DNA of 64,000 nucleotides from Octopus sinensis (Eukaryota), in the NCBI RefSeq assembly GCF_006345805.1, contig NC_043003.1:83514001-83578000 (forward strand). The letters run 5' to 3'. The translations under genes were made by a program, and so were the position numbers. Positions 1 through 17,683 of this stretch are shown in pieces. Each line of letters starts with the position of its first letter. Position 1 is the first letter of the stretch. A model generated the notes under the pieces. That model saw nothing but the letters and a program-made list of their open reading frames with translations, was not told the DNA's origin and searched no databases.

Positions 1-62
1 AACATTGTTCTTTTACCACACAGCCACTCCTACGCCTGTTGCTTCCATTACCCATTTTTACC

Positions 63-273
63 CTTTTACTTGTTTCAGTCATTTGACTGTGGCCATGCTG
101 GAGCACCGTCTCTAGTCGAGCAAATCGACCCCAGGACTTATTCTTTGTAAGCCTAGTACTTATTCTATCGGTCTCTTTTTGCCGAACCGCTAAGTTATGG
201 GAGAAGTAAACACACCAGCATCGGTTGTAAAGCGATGTCGGGGGGACAAACACAGATGCACAAACATATACAT

Positions 274-316
<43 letters not shown>

Positions 317-480
317 CGACGGGCTTCTTTCAGTTTCCGTCTACCAAATCCACTCACAAGGCTTTGGTTGACTCAAGGCTATAGTAGAAGACACCTGCCC
401 AAGGTGCCACGCAGTGGGACTGAACCCGGAACCATGTCGTTGGTAAGCAAGCTACTTACCACACAGCCACTCCTACGCCT
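63..480 (-). mobile_element. tRNA-derived SINE, family A (CCTTGGGCAAGT-type core, internal microsatellite)
   Basis: Reverse complement begins AGGCGTAGGAGTGGCTGTGTGGTAAGTAGC...GGTTCAGTCCCACTGCGTGGCACCTTGGGCAGGTG (A/B-box-like head) and ends GAAACAAGTAAAAG; closely matches the copy at 13592-14030. Confidence 0.85.
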
Positions 481-2180
<1,700 letters not shown>

Positions 2181-2461
2181 TTTTTCTCCTCCGCCTCATC
2201 TTTTTAGAAGAGCTAGTAAGTCCTTTGCCTTCCAACGTCTAGTTATGTTTTTTAGTGTACTATTTCGAATCACTTCTGAGATAATTTGGACCTCTTATCA
2301 TTGCGGAGCCGATGCGATTAGGAACCAATTCAGAAGTGAATTCGGGTTCATCAACATTTATTTGTGACCCTATTTGTCGTTATTCTTGTTGTTGCTATTG
2401 TTATAATTATCATTATTGTTGGTTTTAATGTTTGGCTTAAGCCCAGCCATTCTAAGGGAAC

Positions 2462-2690
2462 AGGTTAGTTAATTACATCTACCCCAGTACTCTATTGGTA
2501 CTTTATTCTATCGACCTCGAAAGAGTGAATGACAAAACTGACCTCAGTGAGATTTCAACTCAGCAGGTAAAGAGTTAAGCTCAAATCAAACCGAGATCGA
2601 CTTTGCCTCTCATCATTTCGGGGTCGATAAAACAAGTACCAATTGAGCACTGGCTGTCACGTATCGACTCACACAAAATTTCAGGCCTAT
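2462..2690. mobile_element. Two degraded fragments of SINE family C (CTTTCATCCTTTCGGGGTCGATAAAATAAGTACC core), opposite orientations
   Basis: ATTACATCTACCCCAGT...TATCGACCTCGAAAG (-) and GACTTTGCCTCTCATCATTTCGGGGTCGATAAAACAAGTACC (+) match the copy at 62834-63067. Confidence 0.65.
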
Positions 2691-2694
2691 AGTA

Positions 2695-3249
2695 TTGGGT
2701 TGTCCGGAAAGTTCGTGCCGATTTTTCAAAGAAAGAAAAAGGTCAATAAATACTTGCCATTACATTTTTAATCAACCATTTTGTTGCACAATGCGTCTCT
2801 ATCTTTCCTTTAACTTGAAAATACCCTCTTCTCAGAATTGAGGTGGTTTCATGGCAAAGAATTCATCAAGGTATCTTTTTACGTGATCCAAGAAATTGAA
2901 ATTTTTACCATTAAGACTATTCTGCAGAGACCTGAATAAGTGGAAATCTGAAGGAGCAACATCTGGTGAATATGGAGGGTGGGGTAACACAGCCCAGCCG
3001 GGCTGCAGCAATTTTTGTCTGTTTCCCAAAGCATCAAGTGCCGAAAATGAACTTTCTTATCTTCCATTTTAAAGGGTTACAGAATTAACACAGGTTATAG
3101 GAACATGAACCTTCTTCCACGAAAAGATAGCTTAAACTGTGCTCTAAATGGAGGTGTAGTTAAACCCCATTTTATGGAATCAACCATGTTCTAAGATAAG
3201 TTGAAAGGTAAGCTACTATAAATCAGCACGAACTTTCCGGACAACCCAA
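2695..3249 (-). mobile_element. Internally deleted mariner element (555 bp) with both TIRs
   Basis: TIRs TTGGGTTGTCCGGAAAGTTCGTGCCGATTT / AAATCAGCACGAACTTTCCGGACAACCCAA, flanked by TA (2693-94, 3250-51). Minus-strand translation LPHPPYSPDVAPSDFHLFRSLQNSL is the mariner YSPDLAPSD motif. Confidence 0.95.
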
Positions 3250-3652
3250 TAGAAAGAATTATTATTATCATTATTACTATTATCTATTCTTTTTATCTCA
3301 AGTTTTGTTGTAACTCTTGGAGTCTTGCATGCGTAGCGGACTTGCTGCTACAGTCTACAGTACCATGCTATCTCTTCTTTTCAATTATCTAATACTTTCC
3401 TGATTATCCTCGCCGTGCCAAGGAGGCAAACCTTTTGTAACAGTTCTTCTGAACACTCTATTCTAATTTCCTGTAAATTCCACTGTATGTCTTTTGATAC
3501 TGTTCCCAAGGAACCAACAATAATTGGCACTATCTTCACCTTTTTCATTTTCCTTAACCGGACTATTTTGTAGTTAAGGGGATTGCATTTATCTATTTTT
3601 TCCTCCTACCTTCTTGACTATTCGTGGATCAAAGGGGCACGCAATATCTGTT

Positions 3653-3683
<31 letters not shown>

Positions 3684-3707
3684 ACATCAACATCATCATT
3701 ATCATCA

Positions 3708-3754
<47 letters not shown>

Positions 3755-3935
3755 GGCGTAACAAACTAGTGGATTCGTTAGAGCGATACAAAAAGTGCCT
3801 CGTGATACTTGCTCCGGCTCTTTACATTCTAAGTTCAAATCCATCCGAGGCCTATAAAGTGCCAGTCTAATATTCGGGGCTGATGTAATCAACTACCCCT
3901 TCAAATCTGCTGACCTTGTGCCTAATTTAGGAACA
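3755..3935 (+). mobile_element. Degraded SINE family C copy
   Basis: GGATTCGTTAGAGCG...CTTTACATTCTAAGTTCAAATCC...GGGGCTGATGTAATCAACT resembles the family C head and body. Confidence 0.5.
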
Positions 3936-6123
3936 TTATTATTTGTAATTTGACCATATAATGATCTCTCTCATCCCGCCACCTTTGTAACAAATAAAAG
4001 AAATCCACATCAACGTCGTCATCATCGTCATCATTCTTGCTGCTGTTCTAATTATTGTTGTTATTAACACTTTTAATCTGAGGGTATCTTTTTCTTCTCT
4101 CTACAAGACGGCTTATTTCACCTGTCACTAAATGAAAACTTCTTTGGCATATTTGTCAAAAACGAATTTACTTATCTGAGGACGTTCTGTCCCAATACTC
4201 GAGGGCATTCAAAAAGCAGTTTTGTTTTTACAGACTTTATTTGCTTTCACCGTTTCACCACATTTCACATTCAAAATGTATATCAAATACACTCACAGTA
4301 AGAAATAAGATATTACAACAGAACACGATACGAAAACACGGTGCAAAAATAGGAAAATAACATTATATTGAACACTTAATTAGAAAAAATACATCGAACA
4401 GTCTAATAAATAATTTTAAAAATAGCGATTACAGCAAAAATAACATTCTTACAGAGACAAAGAGGTTAAACCATTCATACTGTAGTAGTATTTAAGAAAT
4501 TTGCTTGTTAAGAAGTCGTGATGCAAACATAATCTTTAGATTTAACACGTTTCACAGAAAAAAATTAATTGAAAGAAGTTTGTAAAACCAAACAGTGATT
4601 CTTTGCTGCAGGATCTGTTCCAACAGAGAGCAAAAAATATATCTGTATTCAAAAAAAATATGGCAGATGTTTCCTATTATAGTCGAAACAGCTGTTAGAA
4701 TAGATACCGCACGATATCTCGGGGGAATTTCTCTAAATTGAAAGAAAAAATTGTTATGGTACCGTCTGTTATACTTTCAGGAACAAATGAGGTGAAACTA
4801 ATTGAAACAGTTATATATACCTGCACTAGTACATTTGTGCCCCAGCGTAGGGTGACGTTATAGGGTGTTGAAAAGATGTTAACCTGTAGTCGGCCGTCAC
4901 TTTTATATCGAAGTATGAGAAAGTGGTTCATGTAGGAATGATGAGAGCCATATGGTCAGGAGGTCGGAAATGGAATGTAAGTCATAATGACTACCAAAGG
5001 CCACAAAGTGATGCCGGCGACATGCCCAGTTTAAGGTCCGAAACAAAGAGTATGAGATTCATGGTGTAGCACAAAAGGCTTAGTTGTTGAACTTGACGTT
5101 GTAAGAACTAGTTCAGGTTTCGCCCTGAAGAACTGGAAAAAAATAGAAAAGAACTAGAAAGGAAAGTAGTTGAAACCACCAAGGCAGCAACATGAGCAGC
5201 AAGCTCTATTTTCCAACGTAACATTAGTCTCAGCTCCGAGAATGACTGAGAAGTTCGCCCTGTATCTAGTCTTTCCAAAAAATGTATGTATAATCCATCC
5301 GCTATTTATAGCAACTTGTAGCACCACTCCGTGGCTGTGTGACGAGGAGAAAAATAAGGCTTGCGGAGGAAAGTATCCAAAACTTTCAAGGATAATACAA
5401 AAGGAATGTAGAGAAATATTGTTCCAAACAAAAGGGAAGCAAACAACAACGGAAAGAATACTAAGCGGATGATGAAGAACAACGTCTTCAAAATAATAAT
5501 GATGTTATTTCTCAGTGTAATGATGAAAATGGTAACGAGGTACACAATAAACTGAGATTCGCTGGCCTTCGAAATACAAACCAGCATCTAATTGACAAAA
5601 TCCCGCATCTGTGCTGCCAGGAATAATCCGAGGATGTAAAAGTGAGATATGATTAATGGGGTTCGAATATAGGAAATATGCGAGGGCAGGTTGATCGTAA
5701 AAGCAATGCAAAGTATCAGGACGAACTGAAAGAGTGTTATCTTCAACACATGGATTGCTATCTACTCCACCAACTCAAAAATTATCTTAGCAGACATCTT
5801 TAGTCACTCCCAACAGCGATATAAGCAATGGCTAGTGAAAAGAGACCTGAGATGCTCTAGACTCGACCAAGCCAGTAGATTTTATTTTCCATGTGTAGAC
5901 GAGAACCCAAGACATTTTTCACGTTTTATTTCCTTTTAATTATATCTTGTTTTAATTATTGTGTGTTTATTATGCTTGTTATTTATGTCTGTCTTACTTC
6001 TTAATCCTTTCTTTTATAGATTTTAAAATTATCCCCCAATTTAAGGTGTATAGTGTCTTTCATGCCACCATTTGTCCTATATATGTATGTATATACATAT
6101 TTGTGTGTGTGGATTCATGGAAA

Positions 6124-6168
<45 letters not shown>

Positions 6169-6748
6169 TCATATATACATCAGTAAAGGTAAAAATGAAA
6201 CGTAATACAAGATGGTAGTCATTTGTATAATCATAGGTACAGATAACTGCATTACAAAGCGCGTGTAAGTTCAAGAATTACGGTGAACACATTAATTCTT
6301 GGACTTAATCTAGCTTTGGATTACAGTTTGATTGAGTGATCTGGCCGGATAGATAGGGAATGACAAGGTGAGCGTGCAATGAATATATGATAGAGAAAAC
6401 TAAAAAAAAAAACAATAGTAAAATGAAAGCAAGGAAGGATATGTCCGCAATCAAAAGCATTAGTTTCACGCTCAAAGAAAGGGAAAAATTTATTGCAATA
6501 ACGTTTCCAACATTGTTCTTTTATTTATACAGAGTAGACGGGAAAAAGATGACAAAGGCAAGAAGAAACTGGCAAAATAAAAGAATAAAAAGAATGAAAT
6601 AAAACAGGACAATCCCTCCGAAAAGCCACGTGCAGGCTGGTTTACATGCTGGGAGTCAACAGCTAGCATGTAAACCAATAACACGTGGCTTTTTATGTGC
6701 GTGCTTTTATGTATGCAAGTAAGTATGTGTGTGTGTGGGGGGGGTGTC

Positions 6749-6819
<71 letters not shown>

Positions 6820-6997
6820 ATGCGAGTTTAAATTTTGCAAGAAAACAATTAACAGTGGTTTCGACGTTTCTGCTTAATTGGTTTCATTACTTCGAAGTCA
6901 CATCAACTTTTTCGGTGTAAATATAAAATAAATATAATACAATAATTAAACGTATTCAGAAGCCCTTTATCAATTGTTTCATTTTTTTTTTTTATTT

Positions 6998-7150
6998 ATA
7001 GGCGTAGCTGTATGATGACAAGATAGCTAACCATGTGGTCTTGAGTTCAGTCCCGCTGCACGGTACCTTGGGCAAGTGCCTTCCTCTATAAACCCCGGAT
7101 CAGCCAAAACCTTGTGAGCGGATTCCGTATACGAAAATGAAGGAAGCCGT
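6998..7150 (+). mobile_element. SINE family A, degraded 5' half
   Basis: GAGTTCAGTCCCGCTGCACGGTACCTTGGGCAAGTGCC core. Confidence 0.7.
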
Positions 7151-7195
7151 TGTTATGCATGTATGTATGTGCACACGCACATACAACATACATGC

Positions 7196-7247
<52 letters not shown>

Positions 7248-7519
7248 ATATATATATAAAGGAATTTGATTTATTGTTTTTATATATATATATAAAATAA
7301 TAATAATAATATATAAAATATATATATATATATCAATAATATATAATATATAGTATATCATATATATAATAATATATATTATATATTTTATATGTATATA
7401 TGTATATATATATAATATATATATCATTTATATATTTAATTGAACGCTATGCATCCATTTCCAAGTAAGTTTATCTTCACCTCTGCTCAATACTGTTTTC
7501 TTCCTCTATCCTTCTCTAA

Positions 7520-8070
7520 TTCCCTTTTCCCACCCTCCTGCCCCACTCGCCATTTTCTATCTGTCTTTCTCTCTCCCCCTTTCTCTTTCTCTCTCTCTCT
7601 CTCCCTCTCTCCCCCTCTCTCTCTAATTGCTCACATCGTCCATTTTTCTTTTCCTGCACCGACGTTTAAAAGAACGGACGGGTTTTCTCTCCCTTCTATC
7701 TTTTGTCTTTTCAAAACACTGCTTCTCCCAGCGTTCACTATTTTCCTCTCATTCTGGTCCAACGACCCTCCATGTTTGTTTTCGTTTGGTTTCCTTATAT
7801 GTCCCCACTGTCATTTTTTTCTTCCCAACTTTGACCCTCTATAAATCCTAAATTTTATTTTAGAATTCATGGGAGTCTTTGACGACTCATATTGTCGTTG
7901 AGTGCTCAAAATGAGGAGCAGATAGACAGCTAACAACTGATGAAGGGTCTTTCACTGTGTTTACTTGTCCTGTTTTCTATTTTTCTCGTTGTTCACGCAT
8001 TTCCCTCGTTTTCCCCCGTTTGTTTATGCATTTCATGTTATTTGCACTGATGGTGACATCCTGTACCCAT
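7520..8070 (+). repeat. Unclassified interspersed repeat; second copy at 49214-49705
   Basis: Collinear match over ~500 bp with 49214-49705, e.g. CTCCCAGCGTTCACTATTTTCCTCTCATTCTGGTC and CAACTGATGAAGGGTC; both end GTGAC(A/G)TCCTG next to (TA)n. Confidence 0.8.
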
Positions 8071-8087
8071 ATATATATATAATATAT

Positions 8088-8139
<52 letters not shown>

Positions 8140-8203
8140 GTATGTGTGTGTATGTATATGTATGTATGCATATATATACATGTATAAATACATATATATA
8201 TAT

Positions 8204-8236
<33 letters not shown>

Positions 8237-8644
8237 ATTCGTACCTTTGTATGTGAGTATGTATGTCTGTATGTATGCATGAATGCATCTATGTATGCAT
8301 GAATGCATGTATGTGTACATGTATGTATGTATGTATGTATGTATGTATGTATGTATGTATGTATGTATGTATGTATGTATGTATGTATGTATAGGAAAGA
8401 AAGTTACTTAATTCAATACAGGTATAAATATATAGAAAAAAAAGAAGTTGAAAATGCACTTGCAGTCTTTTTGGTTTTACTTGTAAATGTTTAATCAATT
8501 TCACAGATTTGTCTGATTTTCAAAAGATAAATGAGATAGAAAGATGTGCGGCTACGCTGCAACTGTCTTGCATTTTCATGTCTTTCACCCTTAACTTTTG
8601 AAATCAGAACTCCAGTGAATTTTCAACTTCTTATGTGTTGTGTG

Positions 8645-8681
<37 letters not shown>

Positions 8682-8830
8682 CGTGTGTATACATATATAT
8701 AAATCCTAAATCCTTATAAAAATGATTATATATATATATTATATATATATATTATATATATATATATATTATATATATATGAATATATATATTTATATGA
8801 TATATTTCCCTCCCTTCCTCTTTATATATA

Positions 8831-8901
<71 letters not shown>

Positions 8902-8999
8902 TATATATATATATATATATATGTACGTATGTATGTATGTATGTATGCATGCCTGTGTATGTATGCATGTATGTATGCCTGTACGTCTTTGTATGTTAT

Positions 9000-9205
9000 G
9001 TGTTTGTCACCCTCCACTGCTAGACAACAAGTGTTGGTTTGTTTACACCCCGAACTCAGCGGTTCGGCAAAAACAGACTTTTAGAATGAGAACCAACATT
9101 TAAAATAAGTAATGGGGTGCACTTGTTCGACGAAACCCTAAAAGGCGCTGCTCCAGCATGATCGTAGACTAAAGACTGAGACACAATTAAAAGACAAAAG
9201 ATAAA
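9000..9205 (+). mobile_element. SINE family A, 3' half, degraded
   Basis: CTCAGCGGTTCGGCAAAAACAGAC...GCTCCAGCATG...AAAAGACAAAAGATAAAA matches the family A 3' region. Confidence 0.65.
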
Positions 9206-9401
9206 AGGGAAGGCAGCCATGTGTATGCGCATGCGTGTGAGAGTTCGAGTTCGCCTGAATGAACACTCGAACTTTACCTTTATGATACGCTGGGATGAGT
9301 CAGGAGGTGAATTCCGAAACTTGAATAAATATAACCAAATACGTGTGTTAAATATTCCTTCTCACATTATTTGCGTGTGTGTGTGCGTGTGTGTATGTGT
9401 T

Positions 9402-9434
<33 letters not shown>

Positions 9435-9800
9435 TTGTGTGTGTGTGTATGTGTGTGTGTGTGCGTGTTTGTGTGTGTGTGTGCTCGTGTAAATATGTGC
9501 GTTTCAAGTAGATTGTGTAGCCTTAGATACACAATGCCTGAAAAACGACTAGATGGTCATGTCTAGAAATTCTTTGATCATAAATTGGCTCAATCACTGA
9601 GAGCCTGAATCTAAACGACAACGACAATCATAATGAGATGACTATATACTTGTTTTGCATGGTCATGTGACCTCTTTAAACCCATATGAATGAACACATG
9701 TCGCAGATAAAAGTATGTCTTCGAGCTTACTCTTAGAAAGAGATGTACGGCATTTGATTTAATTGTATTAACATGATTTCCATTTATAATATGTACATGC

Positions 9801-9940
<140 letters not shown>

Positions 9941-10017
9941 GTAGGTAGGTAGATAGATGGATAGATACAGATATATCAAAGTTATATGTATTTATGTTAT
10001 ATATATATATATACATG

Positions 10018-10115
<98 letters not shown>

Positions 10116-10565
10116 GTATATATATATATTTATATGTATATATTATTACACATGTACATACATACAAACATACCTACCTGCATACATATATGAGGTCTCC
10201 TAAAAAGTGTCAGTATGTGTATGCGCAAGTAAAATAATAGTATATGCATGTATATGTTGGGGGGTGAATGTTTGATGTGATAGCGTCTATGTATAAGTGT
10301 GTGTGCGCGTGTGTATGTGTGTGCGTGAGTGTGTGTAGTGTGTGGCGTGTTTGGAATAATAGTGTCTCGAAGAGATGGCGTTCATTAGACTAATGACTGC
10401 TACAATCCTTATGTTGATTCCTCTATCGTCGGAACCCCTCAGATGGAAGAGGATTTGGGCTCTCGTGTACCGTGCAGACCTTGCGGTTTTTAGTACAGAC
10501 AAGCAGTTGATCTATTTTTCCTACACTCTAACGTTTCAATATAAGAAATGCACGCACGCACACAG

Positions 10566-10609
<44 letters not shown>

Positions 10610-11053
10610 TCTAATGTTACTATTTTTCGAGTGTAATATGGGGCTTAACAATGCAGGGATGTCCTTTCTGTCCAATCTCTAAAATACTTGCTTTTGAAAC
10701 AGCCCTCATTCATTCCTATATATGACCCAGAGTTAAGTAGAAATCAGGCTATAGCTTCAAATATCACTAATTTAAATTTGCATGAATTATTAAAGTCATA
10801 TAGTTCTTTGTTGTGAAGAGTTTTAATTATCTCACCTGCTACCAAGATTGATGGGAATATTGGGATAACTACCCAAGCAATTGGATTCCAAACTGATGGG
10901 CTAGTTAAGTGATTTGCATCACTTATTTGGTAAAGTGGGCGCCTGCTAAATACAATGATATTTCCCTTAATTGCCATGCAGCTCTAACATCGAAATTATG
11001 CTAGTTAAATAATTTAGAATATTTATGTCCTGTGGGAAAGTGTTTCAGGGCCA

Positions 11054-11093
11054 GAAATTCAATATTTCCAAGTTGTTGGAAATATTGAATTTC
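11054..11093. repeat. Perfect 18-bp hairpin
   Basis: GAAATTCAATATTTCCAA-GTTG-TTGGAAATATTGAATTTC. Confidence 0.95.
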
Positions 11094-11749
11094 ACACCGA
11101 AATAGAATAGAACCAAATGACATTACAGTTAAAGATTTTGCGTGATTTCATTTAGCGTGGGGTGGTTGTTGTTCCGGTTTAGGGTGTAAACTTCATTGTA
11201 TTTTTCTAAATTAATTATTCTTTCCTCTCCGAGCTTTGTTACAGTAATTTGCAGCTCTATCAAATGTTTCTTTGTCTGAGGAAAGGCTGAAAATCCTAAC
11301 ACGAATATTGCAGACGAGATTCATAAAGGTTGAAGTTGAAATTTTTGTCGATGTGAATGAGTTTTTGTTTTGTTTTCTGTTTCGCAGTGATTGAAATTTA
11401 AAGTAACATCCGAGAAGTAAACTGAGTTGCCTTAGTAGTTACAATTATATCAAACTTTGTTTCAATAGAAATTTGAACAGGAATGTATAACTCAGATGAT
11501 ATTAAAATTACAATTAAAATTGGTGATATTAGAATCTTGAGGTCTTTCAAATGTTATGTGTGGTTTGATAATGCCTTGCTATTCTTTTATCTGAGTATTT
11601 TAAGGTGGCCTTATTTAGTAGTGGCTTTTGAAGCAGACCTCAAACATTCCAATGTATGATCTATGGTGTTGCGTACCTCTTGAGACTGATACTGTAACTA
11701 GATAGATCAGAAATGCATCTTTTCATAACCAGTATATAAGAAGTATAGT

Positions 11750-14175
<2,426 letters not shown>

Positions 14176-14214
14176 ATAGTTAACCTTAGCTGTAAATAGA
14201 TTCATTTGGAAATT

Positions 14215-15570
14215 TGTAGTCATTATTATTTGTCGTGATTAAATTTATGAGCAAGTTTTAAGAATTTATGTACATTTTTACAACGTTCCTGTTTGTTCTT
14301 ACCACATAAGATGACGTCATGTACATAAGCGCTTACATGCCTTCCAACTCGCTTTCACGAATAAATTGCCGTTGGAAACAAGCAGAATTGTTGTTGAGAC
14401 TAAAACTAAGACATCTGAACTGAAAAAAATTGATCGTCTGCCTTGAAATCAGTAAATACTTTAACATCGAAAGGCAAAACACAATCATATACGCTACGTT
14501 ACACGATAGAGTTAAATACCTGGTAAGAAGTTAACCAAGTCGGCTAAGATGGAGAGTGAGTAAGCGTCTACGTAGATGAATTTATTAATACTTTCAGAGT
14601 AGTCAACTAGTAACCTGATTTTGCTGTTACTTTTAGCTTCATTGACATGTGCTCGTCGAGGTGAGTTGCTTGGCTTGATAATCTCTTTTTTGTGCATTCT
14701 ATTAACTTCTAGTCGAATAAACTTGACATGACTTAAACGCATGGAATTTCTTAATTGTGATTTAATACCTGAATATAGATGAGAGGATATATTGTGGGTG
14801 GATCGATTTTTAGCGAGGCCAGAGAGCACATATTGAAGTTTAGTTGGAGACTACCTAATTCAAATTTAACATAAATGTTTACGGAGAAAAGAATAAGATA
14901 TGAGCAGAAATTTGATAGTAAAAGGAAACATTAAAGCGTCGTTCAATTTAACTGACAACATCTGTCGTTTCAGTCGGCAACATTAAGTTGCTAACTACCG
15001 ATTCAGAGACTCAATTTTTGGTGCTATCTTTGTCAACAAGTTTTGTTAGAGAAGTTTTTGAAAATGGGTAAGCCAGTGATCGATATTTTGATACAGACGA
15101 TATAGGGGCAATTTCTACAAAGAGAATATAGGTTCTTGCTGGTCCTTTTGAGAATCTACGGGCATTTGAAAAATGTCCCATTTATCAAGTAACTCGAACC
15201 GTGAGCTGGACATTGATCGTACTCACCTCGCGAAACTTTTCCAGCAGAAATAACATATTTGACAAGACGCAGGAATACAAGAGACGTTTTTCAGCTATCA
15301 AATATTCTTCTTCGGTAACTTTTACGGAAACTGCCGCACGATTTGGTATATGAAGTGTATAATTACAGGGACTATAGTCTATCATGGATATTTCCAAAGC
15401 AGAAACCTGATTTACAGCTGAAGTCCAAGATACAGCTTGTTTTCCAGTAATCTGGTTCTTATATGAAAAGAGGCCCCGATTATGTACAAGACGCGATAGT
15501 TTTGCCTTTACCGACATCAGATGTAATATCTTTGAAGGTGAATTTTTGAAAAGATCGTAAATATACATCA
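14215..15570 (-). pseudogene. Gypsy LTR-retrotransposon relic (gag-protease-RT), heavily degraded
   Basis: Minus-strand translations give gag-like RLLENK...AVNQVSALE and GHFS knuckle remnant, protease-like LVDKDST..VSESVVSNL, RT N-terminus IIKPSNSP.RA.V...KIRLLVDYSESINKF..DAY.L..LADLVN, and FFQFRCLSF / YVHDVILCG (YxDD relic). Many stops and frameshifts. Confidence 0.8.
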
Positions 15571-16100
15571 AAAAGCCAAGTGATCAATTGTTCGTGAGCG
15601 TCGAGCTAGTGTCATGATAGGACTTTATGTGGAGGCTGAACAACTACAAGAAATATAACTGCTTATTGAGTACTGACGACATCACCGTGGGTAGAACAAT
15701 CAGAAATAATTTCATTTTTCTGTTCTTTGTAGATAATGTTATACTCTCAAAGACAAACAAGGTGTAGTTTAAAATGTTTGAAGCTTCAAAGGCTGTCAGT
15801 AGAGCTATGAAGCTATTAAAACCAACGTGAGACTAAATCACAAATTACGGAGTGTCTGTCAAGATAAATACTGACACATACTTATGTCAATACTAAATAT
15901 ATTCCCAAGCAAACAAACATACTCTCACACCAATGCAATTAAAATCCCACTCACATGCACTAAACATGCGTACACAAGCACATACAATAAATTGAATATG
16001 ACTATATATATAATAGATCGTTAGCCAATACACACATTTTTTCTCTGCTTGTTTTTTTTCGTTAACTCTCCCTATATATATATATATATATATGCATGTA

Positions 16101-16141
<41 letters not shown>

Positions 16142-16584
16142 AGACATTGTGTGTGGGTGTGTGTAGACATTGTGTGTGGGTGTGTGTAGACATTGTGTGT
16201 GGTTCTGTGTTTAAACAGCTTGCTTTGCAAGAACACAGTTTCCGGTTCAGTACCACAGCGTGGCACCTTCGTATCTGCTACTATAGCCCCAGAACGACCA
16301 ATCGCCAGTATTTAAACCGTCCCAATTTAGATTACTGTTGTAGAAAACACACAAGGTATTTTCACTGCATTTCTAAGAAATCATTTCTCGTTAAATATAA
16401 CGACCGACACGTTCCTTTCTCCGTTCTTCATTGGTATATATGTGTCTTTTAATGCTTCATACAAAACACCTGAAACGTAACACAGTTAAAACTTCAGCAT
16501 TGCTTGAAGTGGTAGTGCATCTCTCCTTTCTTCCTGACTAAAAATAGATTTATCTTTCATTCATTCAGGTTACCCTTTATTGAC

Positions 16585-17590
16585 ATTTGAAATAGATAAC
16601 CAAAAATTTCATATTAGCGTTATAATGCTTTTCTTTTTTAAAATGAAAAAGGAGAAAATGCTGCAAAGACTTGTAAAAATATTTGTGAAGTTTATGGTGG
16701 TGATGTTGTAGATGAATCAACTGCTCGAAGGTGGTTTTTAAAATTTAAAGCTGGAGAGTTTAGCTTGGAAGATGACAGTCGCAGTGGAAGACCTTCAAAA
16801 TTAGATGAAGATGTTTTGAAGGCAAACGTCGAAGAAAATTCAAATATCACGACTAAAGAACTTGCAAAGAAATTGGAAGTTTCTAAGTATCTAAATGAAC
16901 ACCTAGCGAAGCTAGGATACAGTTTTCGCTATAATGTATGAGTCCCTCATAAACTACCAGAAAAGAATTGCTTGGACTGGTATTCCATTTGTGATATGCT
17001 TTTGAAACGGAATGAAAGCATGCCATTTTTGGAACAACTTGTGACAGGAGAAGAAAACCGGATTGTGTACGAAAAGGTAGTGCGAAAAAGATCCTGGAGT
17101 TTGCGTAATGATCTCCCAAAACAGCAACTAAAGACGAATATGCATGCCAAAAGGCTATGCTTTGTGTTTGGTGGGATCATAAATGCATTATTTATTAGGA
17201 ATTTCCCCTACAAAACCAGACCATTAATTCTGATGTGTACTGTCATCAGCTGGCTAATTTGAACCAAAACAATCAAAGAATTGAGGTCGAAGATTGCCAA
17301 CACGAAAGGGGAAGTGTCCCGACAAGACAATGCCCGACCACATGTGTCTTTGGGTACCCGAACAAAGTTACATGAACTTGGCTGGGATCTCTTACCCCAT
17401 CCACCATATTCTCCTTCCGACCACTTGTTTTTGTCTCTACAGAACTCATTTGGATGGAGTCAAAATGCATCTTGATAAACTTTTTGTTCTTCAAAACCAG
17501 CCAAATTTTATGCTGAGGAAATATTTGAATTGCCTGAAAGATGGGTAAAGATCATTAATAATAATGGAAATTATTTCACCGAATAAAATG
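16585..17590 (+). pseudogene. mariner transposase relic
   Basis: NAAKTCKNICEVYG...RRWF.KFKAGEFSLEDDSRSGRPS (HTH), VPHKL, FLEQLVTGEE, QDNARPH, LPHPPYSP; frameshifted; TIRs not clearly retained. Confidence 0.9.
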
Positions 17591-17652
17591 TATTGACAGG
17601 TCAATTATTTATATCCCAATTTGCATATTAAAAAACGCCCAGAACTCCGGAT

Positions 17653-17683
<31 letters not shown>

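Noticed and set aside
13-41. Short duplicate of the SINE head end (also at 456-484)
   Set aside because: Too short and at the window edge; cannot separate a TSD from a second truncated SINE.
5170-5800. Non-repetitive stretch with short ORFs, possible LINE relic
   Set aside because: No diagnostic RT or endonuclease motif found by eye.
10744-10977. 77-aa ORF with slight resemblance to a Gypsy RT start
   Set aside because: Similarity too weak and does not continue into the expected downstream motifs.
11274-11315. CTGAGGA-A-AGG...CCT hammerhead-like start; similar isolated CTGATGA hits near 13.2, 19.7, 50.6 and 59.95 kb
   Set aside because: No GAAA directly after stem II, or no stem I/III closure.
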